From a bacterium (GTDB lineage: Bacteria > Bacillota > Clostridia > Oscillospirales > Oscillospiraceae), in the NCBI GenBank assembly GCA_963640475.1, contig CAVHYW010000007.1:561-64560 (forward strand): DNA of 64,000 nucleotides, written 5' to 3'. The translations under genes and the position numbers were made by a program. This document shows positions 39,829 through 49,608 of this stretch, one piece after another; position 1 is the first letter of the stretch, and each line of letters begins with the position of its first letter. Below the pieces are notes generated by a model, which was given only the letters and a program-made list of their open reading frames with translations, made no database searches and was not told the origin of the DNA.

Positions 39829-40203
39829 ATGCATTTGCAGGAATCCGGCGAAATGTATCTGGAGACTATTCTGGTGCTGACCAACAAGTCACCCCACGTC
39901 CGTGCCATCGACGTGGGCGAATACATGGGCTATTCCAAGCCCAGCGTCAGCCGCGCCATGGGCCTTCTGAAAAACGGCGGCTATATCAAGGTGGACGAGA
40001 ATGGCTTCATCACACTGCTGGAGCCGGGCCGCGAGGTGGCCGAGATGATCTACGAGCGCCACACGCTGCTGACGCAGTTCCTGACCAAGCTGGGCGTATC
40101 GCCTGAGGTTGCGTCCGAGGATGCCTGCAAACTGGAGCATGTGATCAGCGACGAATCCTTCCAGGCCATCAAGCGTCACGCGCATCTGGGCGTGGAAAAA
40201 TAA
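39829..40203 (+). CDS. DtxR/MntR-family metal-dependent regulator
   Basis: ESGEMYLETI, SKPSVSRA, YERH, EDACKLEHVIS. Confidence 0.92.
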   Translation: MHLQESGEMYLETILVLTNKSPHVRAIDVGEYMGYSKPSVSRAMGLLKNGGYIKVDENGFITLLEPGREVAEMIYERHTLLTQFLTKLGVSPEVASEDACKLEHVISDESFQAIKRHAHLGVEK

Positions 40204-40374
40204 GCAAAAAATGTGCACCCTGCCGGGTGCACATTTTTTCTGCATTGCATGCGTTTTTTGCCAATACAAGGCAAAGCCATTTTGGATGATACCGCCTTTG
40301 GCGGCATACCGAAGTTCTTCACTTTTCACTCTTCGCTCTTCACTGAAAAAGGGGCTGCATCAGCAGCCCCTTTT

Positions 40375-41010
40375 TTATTTCACTTCTACCCTTGGCCCCG
40401 GACGGAATTCCTCGGAGACCACCCGGATAGCGATACCTCCGGCGGACAGCTCCGTCAGCCGCGCCTGCAGGGCGTCTGCCTTCTCCGCAGGCAGCGAGAT
40501 GGACAGCACCACGTCCGCGCCATAGGCCACATCGTCGATGACGCCGCCCTGCCCCTCGATCTCCAGCTTCACCCGCTCGAACAGCGGATAGGTGCAGGGC
40601 ACCTCCACTCTGGCCCATGCGCCCATCACCGCCACGCCGGATGCCACCAGCGCGTCCTTGGCCCCCTTGGAATAGGCGCGGGTCAGGCCGCCCGCGCCTA
40701 GCAGGATGCCGCCGAAATACCGGGTCACCACGCAGCACACATTGGTGACCTCCTCCCGCTCCAGCACCTTCAGCATAGGCTGTCCGGCAGTGCCCTGAGG
40801 CTCACCGTCGTCGCTGTATCGGGCGGTGGTGGGGCCGATGCGATAGCACCAGCAGTTGTGGCGGGCGTCGTAGTACTTAGCCTTCATGTCCTTGATATAC
40901 TGCTGGGCCTGCTCCTCCGTCTCCACCGGCCAGATGTGGCTGATGAAGCGGGAGCGCTTTTCCACGAACTCACTGTCCGCCGCCTGAAAGGGAACACGAA
41001 ACTCACCCAT
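40375..41010 (-). CDS. YigZ/IMPACT family protein
   Basis: KRSRF, ARHNCWCY, DDGEPQGTAG, VTRYFGGILLGAGGL. Confidence 0.93.
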   Translation of the reverse strand: MGEFRVPFQAADSEFVEKRSRFISHIWPVETEEQAQQYIKDMKAKYYDARHNCWCYRIGPTTARYSDDGEPQGTAGQPMLKVLEREEVTNVCCVVTRYFGGILLGAGGLTRAYSKGAKDALVASGVAVMGAWARVEVPCTYPLFERVKLEIEGQGGVIDDVAYGADVVLSISLPAEKADALQARLTELSAGGIAIRVVSEEFRPGPRVEVK

Positions 41011-41545
41011 GCCGCACCTCCTTCTCCCAGTCCTCCTTTGTCACAGCGTAGTAACAGGTGGCCCGTTCCTGTCCGTCGGGCCACAGCACGGAGGCCCCAT
41101 CGCAAACATGGGTGAATCCGCACTTTTCGATGACGCGGCGGGACTTGTCATTCCCCGGGAAATGGCCGCACCAGACACGCGCCGCACCCCGCTCCGTAAA
41201 GCACCAGTGCAGCAGTTCCCGCACCGCCTCGGGAATGAGCCCCTGCCCCCAGAAAGGCCGCCCGATCCAGTAGCCGATCTCCGGCTCGCCCTCCCCATCC
41301 GGCGCATCGGTGGGAAATATGCCCACGGAACCAACGGCCTCCTCCGGCCGTTCCCGCAGCAGCACCGCCAGCGTGTCCGGCTGGGACAACACTGTTCGAA
41401 TGATCTGGCGGCTCTCCTCCACGGACTCGTGGGGCTTCCACCCTGCCGCGGGGCCTACCTGACCGTCGCAGGCATAACGGTACAGACTCTCTGCGTCCTC
41501 CTCCCGCCATGGCCGCAGTACCAGTCGCTCCGTCGTCAGCGTCAT
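41003..41545 (-). CDS. GNAT (RimJ/RimL-type) N-acetyltransferase
   Basis: TERLVLRPW, EIGYWIGRPFWGQG, NDKSRRVIEKCGF. Confidence 0.9.
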   Translation of the reverse strand: MTLTTERLVLRPWREEDAESLYRYACDGQVGPAAGWKPHESVEESRQIIRTVLSQPDTLAVLLRERPEEAVGSVGIFPTDAPDGEGEPEIGYWIGRPFWGQGLIPEAVRELLHWCFTERGAARVWCGHFPGNDKSRRVIEKCGFTHVCDGASVLWPDGQERATCYYAVTKEDWEKEVRHG

Positions 41546-42846
41546 TCCCAATCCTCCTTTGGCGGCTGCCAGCCCTCGATATAGTCCTTCAGCTGGCCCA
41601 GCAGCCGGGGATTGCACACGGCCACCACGTCCACCGTGGCGCCGTACTCCACGCTCTCCACTTTGGCCTCACGGTACAGGCTGTCCAGTGCTCCCGCCTT
41701 GTCGTAGGGCAGGTGCAGCGTCACCCGCTTGGTGCCCTTATCAAGCTTCCTGTCGATCAGCGCCAGCAGATTGGGGATGCCCTCGCCGGTCTTGGCAGAG
41801 ATAGCCACGGCGTCCTCCTCTTTGGCCCGGTCGCCGGGGAAGCTGAGGTCGGACTTGTTATACACCCGGATGCAGGGGATGGTGTCCGCCCCCAGCTCGC
41901 GGATCAGGCGATCCACCGTGTCGGCCTGCTGCCGCCATTGGAGATTGGAGGAGTCGATGACGTGCAGCAGCAGGTCGGCGTACTCCAGCTCCTCCAGCGT
42001 GGCCTTGAAGGCCTCCACCAGCTGGTGGGGCAGCTTGCGGATAAAGCCCACCGTGTCGGAGATCACCACGTCCAGCGTATCGCTGACGGTAAGCAGTCTC
42101 GTGGTGGTGTCCAGCGTGTCGAACAGGCGGTTGTTGGCGGGGATGTCCGCCCCGGTGATGGCGTTCAGCAGCGTGGACTTGCCCGCGTTGGTGTAGCCCA
42201 CGATGGCCACCACGGGGATCTCATTCTTGCTGCGGCGCTGGCGCTGGGTGGCGCGTACCCGGCGCACCTCCTCCAGCTCGTCCTTCAGCTTGTCGATCTT
42301 GCGGCGAATGTGGCGGCGGTCGGTCTCCAGCTGGGTCTCGCCGGGACCCTTGGTGCCGATGGGAGAGCCGCCGGTGCCGCCCTGCCGCTCCAGATGGCTC
42401 CACATGCCGATTAGCCGGGGCAGCAGGTACTGGTACTGGGCCAGTTCCACCTGTAAGCAGCCCTCTTTTGTTCTGGTCCGCTGGGCGAAAATGTCCAAAA
42501 TCAGGCCGCTGCGGTCAATGACCTGCACGCCCAGCAGCTCGGTCAATACACGAATTTGCGACGGTGACAGGTCGTTGTCAAAGATCACCATGGTGGCCTT
42601 TTCGTTGTCCACCATGCGCTTGACCTCCTCCACCTTACCCTCGCCGATGAAGCTGTGGGGGTCGGGCTTCTCCCGGCTTTGCAGGATGATGCCCGCCGTG
42701 TCGCCGCCCGCCGTGTCCACCAGCTCCGAGAGCTCCATCAGGCTCTCCTCATCGGCGCTGTCATCGCCCAGCACCGGTGAGCGCAGGCCCACCAGCACGG
42801 CGTGGTCACGGGATTCCTTGTTGTTTTCCAGTGTTTTCCGTTCCAT
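41542..42846 (-). CDS. hflX: GTPase HflX
   Basis: LILDIFAQR, GPGETQLETDRR, GYTNAGKST, DTVGFI, NKSD. Confidence 0.96.
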   Translation of the reverse strand: MERKTLENNKESRDHAVLVGLRSPVLGDDSADEESLMELSELVDTAGGDTAGIILQSREKPDPHSFIGEGKVEEVKRMVDNEKATMVIFDNDLSPSQIRVLTELLGVQVIDRSGLILDIFAQRTRTKEGCLQVELAQYQYLLPRLIGMWSHLERQGGTGGSPIGTKGPGETQLETDRRHIRRKIDKLKDELEEVRRVRATQRQRRSKNEIPVVAIVGYTNAGKSTLLNAITGADIPANNRLFDTLDTTTRLLTVSDTLDVVISDTVGFIRKLPHQLVEAFKATLEELEYADLLLHVIDSSNLQWRQQADTVDRLIRELGADTIPCIRVYNKSDLSFPGDRAKEEDAVAISAKTGEGIPNLLALIDRKLDKGTKRVTLHLPYDKAGALDSLYREAKVESVEYGATVDVVAVCNPRLLGQLKDYIEGWQPPKEDWE

Positions 42847-42950
42847 AGTACCCTCGGTCAAAAGAATTTTCCCCTATTATATACGTTTTCCCGCCGGTTG
42901 TAAACGGAAAAACCTATATCAGCAGCAGACTGACTCAGAGCCTGCCGCAC

Positions 42951-44285
42951 TTATGCCAGCATACCGACCGCCATCATCGCAGCGCCCACCAGAAAACACG
43001 CCGCGGTATAGATATGGCCCGGATACTGCTTCACCCATGCCGCTATAATGCTGCGCAGCCCAACGCCCATGATGAAAGCACCAATCAGCCAAAGCAAGCT
43101 TCTCCACGTTGTGCTGAAGCTTTTTTCCGGCCACAATATGCCAGACAGGGCCATCGGCACGAAAAGAGCCACCATCTGCAATAAAACCAACAGCATTTCC
43201 AGCGTCGCTTCTTTATCGCTCACTTCTTCACCACTGGTGCAAGGCAGGATCAAGAAGATCACTTCTTCCATCTTCGGCACATGCATATAAAACACCGGCT
43301 TCAAAGGCGTTCTGTTGGCACTGCGCTTTTTCTCTTCCTCCTTCATGCGGAGTTTCCGTCTGTCTTTCCGCTCCTTGGCACGGCTGATCCGCTCCTCAGC
43401 ACGAGAAAGCCGTTTCGTTCTCTTTTCATCGGCACGGGACGCCTGCACCTCCACCGCCTGACAGCCGGTCAGCTTTTCGATGGCGGTCTTTTCATGACCG
43501 GGCAGCCACAGCTGATAGGTCTCGCCCTTGTATTGCATGGACAGGATACAATAGCCCTTAACATATATACGCTTTCCGACGGCATATACGCCGTCAGCCG
43601 TGTATTGCCGCCAGCTGCGCCGCTTGTTCCATTCGTCCAGACGCACGGCGCTCTGGCGATAGGTCAGCGTGGTCACACACGCAAGGGACACCTCCAGCCG
43701 GACGTCCACATCCGCCATGCAGAGGGTGTCATCCCTGCGCCACATGCGCACCGGTGTGTTGAACAGATCCCCCGCGCCGCGGTTGACAGGCTTCACCTCG
43801 CCGTCCTGCATGTGGTAGCACATGGAGAAAATATCCACCTCTGTGGTGTTCCTGGGGATACCCAGCGCGTCGTAGCAGGCACGTTGTGCGCTTCTGATCC
43901 GCTGCCGGATGGCCAAGTGTTCTTTGCTCATATTCACGCGGCGCTCACGAGCCTTCTGCACCACCCAAATCACCAACAGGTACATTACGCACCCAGCGCC
44001 GAACCAGAACAGTCCCGGATGATCACGGAGGGCTTCAAACAGCGGAACATATCGCCTTACGTAGTGTCTGGGGAAAAAACCGGAAAGCATCACAACCGCA
44101 GCGACCATAAGCATGTACCACACCCGCGGCAGGTTCGCACTGCTGAGGATCTTCGCCTCCTGCTTCTCCGCAGCGTCCAGCTCTCTCAGCAGCGCGGTGT
44201 CTGTTTCCGCTGCGGCGAACACCTCGCCGTCAAAGCGGTCGCCGTCCCGGATGGGATCCAGACTTGTGCCCCATAATACCTTCAT
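42951..44285 (-). CDS. Hypothetical multi-TM membrane protein, tandem copy A (intact)
   Basis: 444-aa ORF with GGAGG RBS; 2 N-terminal and about 3 C-terminal TM segments; paralog directly upstream. Confidence 0.75.
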   Translation of the reverse strand: MKVLWGTSLDPIRDGDRFDGEVFAAAETDTALLRELDAAEKQEAKILSSANLPRVWYMLMVAAVVMLSGFFPRHYVRRYVPLFEALRDHPGLFWFGAGCVMYLLVIWVVQKARERRVNMSKEHLAIRQRIRSAQRACYDALGIPRNTTEVDIFSMCYHMQDGEVKPVNRGAGDLFNTPVRMWRRDDTLCMADVDVRLEVSLACVTTLTYRQSAVRLDEWNKRRSWRQYTADGVYAVGKRIYVKGYCILSMQYKGETYQLWLPGHEKTAIEKLTGCQAVEVQASRADEKRTKRLSRAEERISRAKERKDRRKLRMKEEEKKRSANRTPLKPVFYMHVPKMEEVIFLILPCTSGEEVSDKEATLEMLLVLLQMVALFVPMALSGILWPEKSFSTTWRSLLWLIGAFIMGVGLRSIIAAWVKQYPGHIYTAACFLVGAAMMAVGMLA

Positions 44286-44318
44286 ATGATCCTCCCTTTA
44301 TCCCAGAGCCTGCCGCGC

Positions 44319-45650
44319 TTATGCCAGTATACCGACCGCCATCATCGCGGTGCCCACCAGAAGGCACGCCGCGGTATAGATATGGTCCGGATACTGCTTC
44401 ACCCATGCCGCTATAATGCTGCGCAGCCCAACACCCGCGGCAAAAGAGCCGATCAGCCAAAGCAAGCTGCATATTGCGCTGAAGCTTTTTCCCGGCCACA
44501 ATATGCCGGTCAGAACCAGCGGCACGAAAAGAGCCACCAGCTGTAATACGTACACCAATGATTCCAGTGCCGACATTCCCTCTCCCGATGGCTTTTCACT
44601 GACGCTGGGCAGTACAATGAAAGTCACTTCCTCCGGCACCTTCGGCATATGCATATAAAACACCGGCTTCAAAGGCGTTTTGTCAGCCCTGCGCTTTTTC
44701 TTCTCCTCCTCCATGCGAAGCTGCCGCCTGTCATTCCGCTCCTCGGCGCGGCTGATCCGCCCCTCAGTACGAGAAAGCCGTTTCGTTCTCTTTTCATCGG
44801 CACGGGACGCCTGCACCTCCACCGCCTGACAGCCGGTCAGCTTCTCGATGGCGGTCTTTTCATGGCCCGGCAGCCACAGCTGATAGGTCTCGTTCCGGTA
44901 TTACATGGACAGGATACAGTAACCCTTGACGTACAAGCCCTTTTGGGCGGCATAAACGCCGTCGGCCGCATATTGCCGCCAGCTGCGCCGCTTGTTCCAC
45001 TCATTCAGATGCACGGTGCTCTGACGATAGGTCAGCGTGGTCACACACGCAAGGGGCACCTCCAGCCGGACGCCCACATCCGCCATGCAGAGGGTATCGT
45101 CCCTGCACCACATACGCACCGGCGTGTTAAGAAAGTCCCCCAAGCCATAGTTGACCGGCTCTACCTCTCCGTCCTGCAGGCGGTAGCACATGGAGAAAAT
45201 ATCCACCTCTGTGGTGTTCCTGGGGATACCCAGCGCGTCGTAGCAGGCACGCCGTGCGCTCCTGATCCGCTTCCGGATGTCCGCGCGCTTCTCGCTGTTG
45301 TTCATGCGGTGCTTGCGGTACTTTTCGATCAGTGTCAGCACCAGCCAGACTGGCCCACCGATACCGGCGGCCCAGAATAAACCCGGCGCGTTGTGATAGC
45401 CCTCCGCCAGCGTAACATTCGCCCTCGACATGCCTGCACAGCAGAGCAGAAACGCGATCCCGCCGATCCATTTAATAATCAGCAACGCCAACGGCAGCTC
45501 CGCGCTGTCGATGATCTTCTCCTCCTGCTCCTCCGCGTCGTCCAGCGCCTCCAGCAGTGCGTCGTCCGTTTCCGCCGTGGCAAAAGCCTCGCCGTCGAAC
45601 CGGTCGCCGTCCTTGATCGGATTCAAATTTGTCCCCCATAATACCTTCAT
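44319..45650 (-). pseudogene. Tandem copy B of the same gene, interrupted by an in-frame TAA at 44901-44903
   Basis: ORFs 44901-45650 and 44319-44822 are in one frame and align to copy A; copy A has ATG CAA TAC where copy B has ATG TAA TAC. Confidence 0.75.
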
Positions 45651-45768
45651 GCCGCCGCTCCCCTTATCCCGTTTATTTCTCAAAAAATCGTACCACATTC
45701 CGGTCACGGTGTCAATTCGACACAAAAAAAGACCTGCATCCGAAGATGCAGGTCTTTCATGTGTCTTG

Positions 45769-45972
45769 TTAGCCCTCCAGGCCGAAACGCTTGTTGAACT
45801 TGGCAACACGTCCGCCGGTATCGACAAGCTTCTGCTTGCCGGTGAAGAACGGGTGACACTTAGAGCAGACTTCCACGCGAATATCCTTCTTCGTAGAACC
45901 TGTCTCAATCACATTACCGCAGGCGCATTTGATAGTAGTCTGCTGATAATTGGGATGGATTCCTTCCTTCAT
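45769..45972 (-). CDS. rpmE: 50S ribosomal protein L31 (type A, Zn-binding)
   Basis: [26 protein letters not shown]. Confidence 0.97.
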   Translation of the reverse strand: MKEGIHPNYQQTTIKCACGNVIETGSTKKDIRVEVCSKCHPFFTGKQKLVDTGGRVAKFNKRFGLEG

Positions 45973-46071
45973 TGCTCTGGTTCACCCCTTTCCGGTACAC
46001 TTGTCGTCTGGTTTCACCCATAAACGCAACTGTGATAATAGCACATCCTGCGGCAAAATGCAAGTACTTTT

Positions 46072-49000
46072 TTACAATTTCACCGCAGAATTTGTGTGGA
46101 AAAAGTACAGCACCTTTTCCGTCACCGCTTTTTCCAGAACCTGTCCCAGCGCCAGCGCGTAGGCCTCCAGCTGCGGGCGGTAGCTCTCGGCCCGCTGGGC
46201 CTGCTGTGACGGCGTGATGCGGTCGGTCTTGAAGTCCACCACCACAAGGCCGCCCTCTGCCGTCTCGAAGGCGCAGTCCACCACGCCCTGCAGCATCAGC
46301 TCCTCCCCTGCCGCCGCAGGATCGTACAGCGCTGCGTCCGTCAGCAGCGTGAAGCGGTACTCCCGCCACACCTGCTTTGCCTGCCGGATGCGCTCCGCCA
46401 GCGGCGAGGACAGGAACCGGGCCACCATGGCGCAGTCCACTGCTGCGGCCTGCTGGGCCGTCAGCAGCCGCCGCCGTGCCAGCTTCTCCACCTCGCCCGC
46501 CACGGTGGAGGCCGTAGGCGGCGTGCGGAAGTCGATGTACTGCATCACGGCGTGGACGGCAGTTCCCTTCTCCGCCGCCGTCAGGCCGGTGACCTCCCGC
46601 AGGAATTTCGGCTTTTCAAACAGCACCGCCCGCCGCCGGGTGGGTGCGCCTTCGGCGATCTCCTCGTCGATGGCGCGGCCCTTCAGCTGGGTGGCCGTCA
46701 CCTTGCCGGGTGTGACCGTGGCGCAGAGATGGTCATACGACCATTCCAGCGGCGCGGGGTCGAAGTCCGCCTCCTGCGGCAGGTCGGCCAGCACGCCGTC
46801 TTCCCCAGCGGCCTGTGCGGCAGAGGTGGGATCCTCCCACAGATACACCTGCCAGCCGCCGTCCTCCGCCGTCAGCTCTGGCGGCGTGACCTCCGCCCAT
46901 TGGCACAGCTTCGCGCCCGGCGCGGTACACAGCAGCGGCAGCAGCACCCAGTCGCCCAGACACCGTCCCGCCGCCACCGACTCTGGCGGGGTCGGCACAC
47001 CCGCCACGCCCGCCAGATCGGCCACCCGCTTGCGGGCCTTCCGCATGCAGTCCACGGCAATCATCTTCTCCTGCGCGCGGGTCATAGCCACATACAGGAT
47101 GCGCATTTCCTCGGACTTGCTCTCCCGCTGCAACCGCAGGGCCACCGCCGTCTTGCTGACAGTGTCGTACCGGATGCGGCGCCCCCTGTCCACGCACTCG
47201 GTGCCAAGGCCCAGCACCGGATGCACCAGCACCGGCTCCTGCACGTCGCGGGGGTCGAACCGCTTGCTGAGGTCGCACAGGAACACGATGGGAAACTCCA
47301 GTCCCTTGGACTTGTGGATGGACATGATCTGCACGCCGCCCGCGCTCTGGCGGGTGGAGAGATCCGGCGCGTCGCCGTTCTCCAGCAACGTCCGCAGATG
47401 GGACACGAAATCGAAAACGCTCTTCTTCCCCGCTCCGGCCAGCTGCCGTGCGTAGGTATACAGCGCCACCAGATTGTCCTTCCGGGCCTGCCCACCGGGC
47501 ATGGCCCCGAACACCGCCACACAGTGGCAGGTGTTGTAGATATGCCACAGCAGCTCGTCCACCGGCTTGTCCCGTGCGGCGGAGCGCAGCTGCGAGAGGG
47601 TTTGCAGAAACGCCTGGGTATCCTCGCTCTCGTCCAGCAGCAGGGCATCGTAGTAGTCCCCCTCCCGCCGCAGGGCGCGGATGGCCACCAGACGATCCGG
47701 CGTGAAGCCGAACAGCGGCGAGCGCAGCACGGAGATCAGCGGCACGTCCTGCCGGGGATTGTCGATGATCTGCAAAAGCGACCATACCACGGCGATCTCC
47801 ACCGAGGAGAAGAAGTCGCTGCTCTCGTCGGCGGCACAGGGGATGCCCCGCGCCGCCAGCGCCGCCGTGAAGGCCTTCAACCGGCTGCGGGGCGAGCGCA
47901 TCAATATCACGAAATCCTCCGGCGTACACCGGCGCAGACCGTCGCCGCCATTGACGCAGTAGCCCTCGTCCAACATGCGGCGGATGCGATCCGCCACGAA
48001 CCGGGCCTCCACCGCCGTGCGGTCGAAATGCTCCTCCTCCGTGTCGGACACGTCGATGAGATGGAACTCCGCCGCCGTGTCCTCGTGGGGCGGATAGTAG
48101 GTCGCGCCGAAGTTCAGCTGCTCCTCCGGCCCGTAGTCCATCTCGCCCATCTCTGCCGACATGATGCTCCGGAAAATGGCGTTGCAGGCGTCCAGTACGC
48201 TGGCGCGGGAGCGGAAGTTCTGGCTCAGCAGCACCTTGCGGGGCTGGCCGTCCTCCGCCTGCGCGGCAGACGCATAGGCGTTGTATTTCCGCAGGAAGAT
48301 GGTAGGGTCGGCCAGCCGGAAGCGGTAAATGCTCTGCTTCACGTCGCCCACGGTGAACAGGTTCTGCTCCTGTCGGGAGATGGCGGAGAAAATGCAGTTC
48401 TGCACATCGTTGGTGTCCTGATATTCGTCCACCATGATCTCTCGGTAGCGGCCTGCCACCTGCCGCGCCAGCTCCGTGGGCTGTCCCTCCGCCAGCAGCA
48501 GCTCGATGGCATAGTGCTCCTGATCCGAGAAGTCCATGGCGTTGCGCCGCACCTTCTCCGTCTGATAGCGGCGGGTAAATTCCGCCGTCAGGTCGGCCAG
48601 CGCCAGCATGGCGGGCGCCATCACGGCCATGTCCGCCAACAGTTCACTCTGCGGTGTCTCGAAAGGCGCCGTCAGCTTCTTCAGCGCGTCCTTGCAGGGC
48701 TTCAGCAGCGCCTGAATCCGCTCCTTTTCCGGGTTCTCGCCCCGCACCGCGCCCATGCGGCGGAAGGCGGGCCGGATGGCCGCCATGGCGGCCCAGTCGC
48801 CCCGTGCCGCGGCAAGCTGCCGCAGCTGGGAGGCAGTCTCCGCCATCCGGTCGGCATAGGCGGCGGCCACCGCGTCGTCGGTGATGCCGTCCACCGCTTT
48901 TTCCAGCTGCGCGGCCCAGAAGGCCGCTTTGGCGGCGGCATCCGCCATGATGACCTGTCCATAGGGGGACTGGCCCAGATCCTCCGGCAGCGTCTCCCAC

Positions 49001-49608
49001 TCCCGGCGCACCTTCTCCAGCCATTGCAGCGGATAGGGATGGCTTTGCAGCTTGCGGTGCAGCTCCAGCACCAGCTTTTCCAGCGCCCGGTCGTCCCGGC
49101 CCGCGCCCAGCGTCTCCGCCAGCTGCTCCGTCTTATCGTCCATATGGGCGTAGAAATCCTCCAGCACACGGCCCAGCACGCGCTCCTTGACCAGAGCCGC
49201 CTCCTGCTCGTCCAGCACGCGGAAGTCCGGCGTCAGGCTGTGGCCCTCCACAGCCTGCAGCAGATAGGTATTCTCCCGCAGCAGCGCGGCGCAGAATGCA
49301 TCCACCGTTTTGATGTCCGCCTGATACACCCGGAACAGCTGGCGGCGCAGATGGCCGTCCTCCGGATGCTCCGCCACCCGTTTGGACAGCTCCGCGGCGA
49401 TCTTGCCCCGCAGCTCCGCCGCGGCGGCCTTAGTATAGGTGATGATGAGGAAATCGTCCACTGCGCACTGCTCCTGCGTGATGTAGCGGAACAGCCGCTC
49501 CACCAGTACCTTGGTCTTACCGGAGCCGGCGGCGGCGGATACCAGCAGGCTTCCGCCCCGGTTCTCCACGGCGGCGCGCTGGTCAGGGGTCAATTCAATT
49601 TTCGCCAT
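46072..49608 (-). CDS. addA: ATP-dependent helicase/nuclease subunit A
   Basis: SAAAGSGKT, DEYQD, VGDVKQSIYRFR, SIHKSKGLEF, YVAMTRA, C-terminal QGVVD..VDFKT nuclease. Confidence 0.95.
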   Translation of the reverse strand: MAKIELTPDQRAAVENRGGSLLVSAAAGSGKTKVLVERLFRYITQEQCAVDDFLIITYTKAAAAELRGKIAAELSKRVAEHPEDGHLRRQLFRVYQADIKTVDAFCAALLRENTYLLQAVEGHSLTPDFRVLDEQEAALVKERVLGRVLEDFYAHMDDKTEQLAETLGAGRDDRALEKLVLELHRKLQSHPYPLQWLEKVRREWETLPEDLGQSPYGQVIMADAAAKAAFWAAQLEKAVDGITDDAVAAAYADRMAETASQLRQLAAARGDWAAMAAIRPAFRRMGAVRGENPEKERIQALLKPCKDALKKLTAPFETPQSELLADMAVMAPAMLALADLTAEFTRRYQTEKVRRNAMDFSDQEHYAIELLLAEGQPTELARQVAGRYREIMVDEYQDTNDVQNCIFSAISRQEQNLFTVGDVKQSIYRFRLADPTIFLRKYNAYASAAQAEDGQPRKVLLSQNFRSRASVLDACNAIFRSIMSAEMGEMDYGPEEQLNFGATYYPPHEDTAAEFHLIDVSDTEEEHFDRTAVEARFVADRIRRMLDEGYCVNGGDGLRRCTPEDFVILMRSPRSRLKAFTAALAARGIPCAADESSDFFSSVEIAVVWSLLQIIDNPRQDVPLISVLRSPLFGFTPDRLVAIRALRREGDYYDALLLDESEDTQAFLQTLSQLRSAARDKPVDELLWHIYNTCHCVAVFGAMPGGQARKDNLVALYTYARQLAGAGKKSVFDFVSHLRTLLENGDAPDLSTRQSAGGVQIMSIHKSKGLEFPIVFLCDLSKRFDPRDVQEPVLVHPVLGLGTECVDRGRRIRYDTVSKTAVALRLQRESKSEEMRILYVAMTRAQEKMIAVDCMRKARKRVADLAGVAGVPTPPESVAAGRCLGDWVLLPLLCTAPGAKLCQWAEVTPPELTAEDGGWQVYLWEDPTSAAQAAGEDGVLADLPQEADFDPAPLEWSYDHLCATVTPGKVTATQLKGRAIDEEIAEGAPTRRRAVLFEKPKFLREVTGLTAAEKGTAVHAVMQYIDFRTPPTASTVAGEVEKLARRRLLTAQQAAAVDCAMVARFLSSPLAERIRQAKQVWREYRFTLLTDAALYDPAAAGEELMLQGVVDCAFETAEGGLVVVDFKTDRITPSQQAQRAESYRPQLEAYALALGQVLEKAVTEKVLYFFHTNSAVKL

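Noticed and set aside
44901..44903. Possible stop-codon recoding (Sec/Pyl)
   Set aside because: The codon is TAA aligned to Gln in the paralog, not TGA or TAG at a catalytic site.
42936..45669. Possible diversity-generating retroelement TR/VR pair
   Set aside because: Whole-gene duplication, differences are not adenine-specific, and no reverse transcriptase is present.
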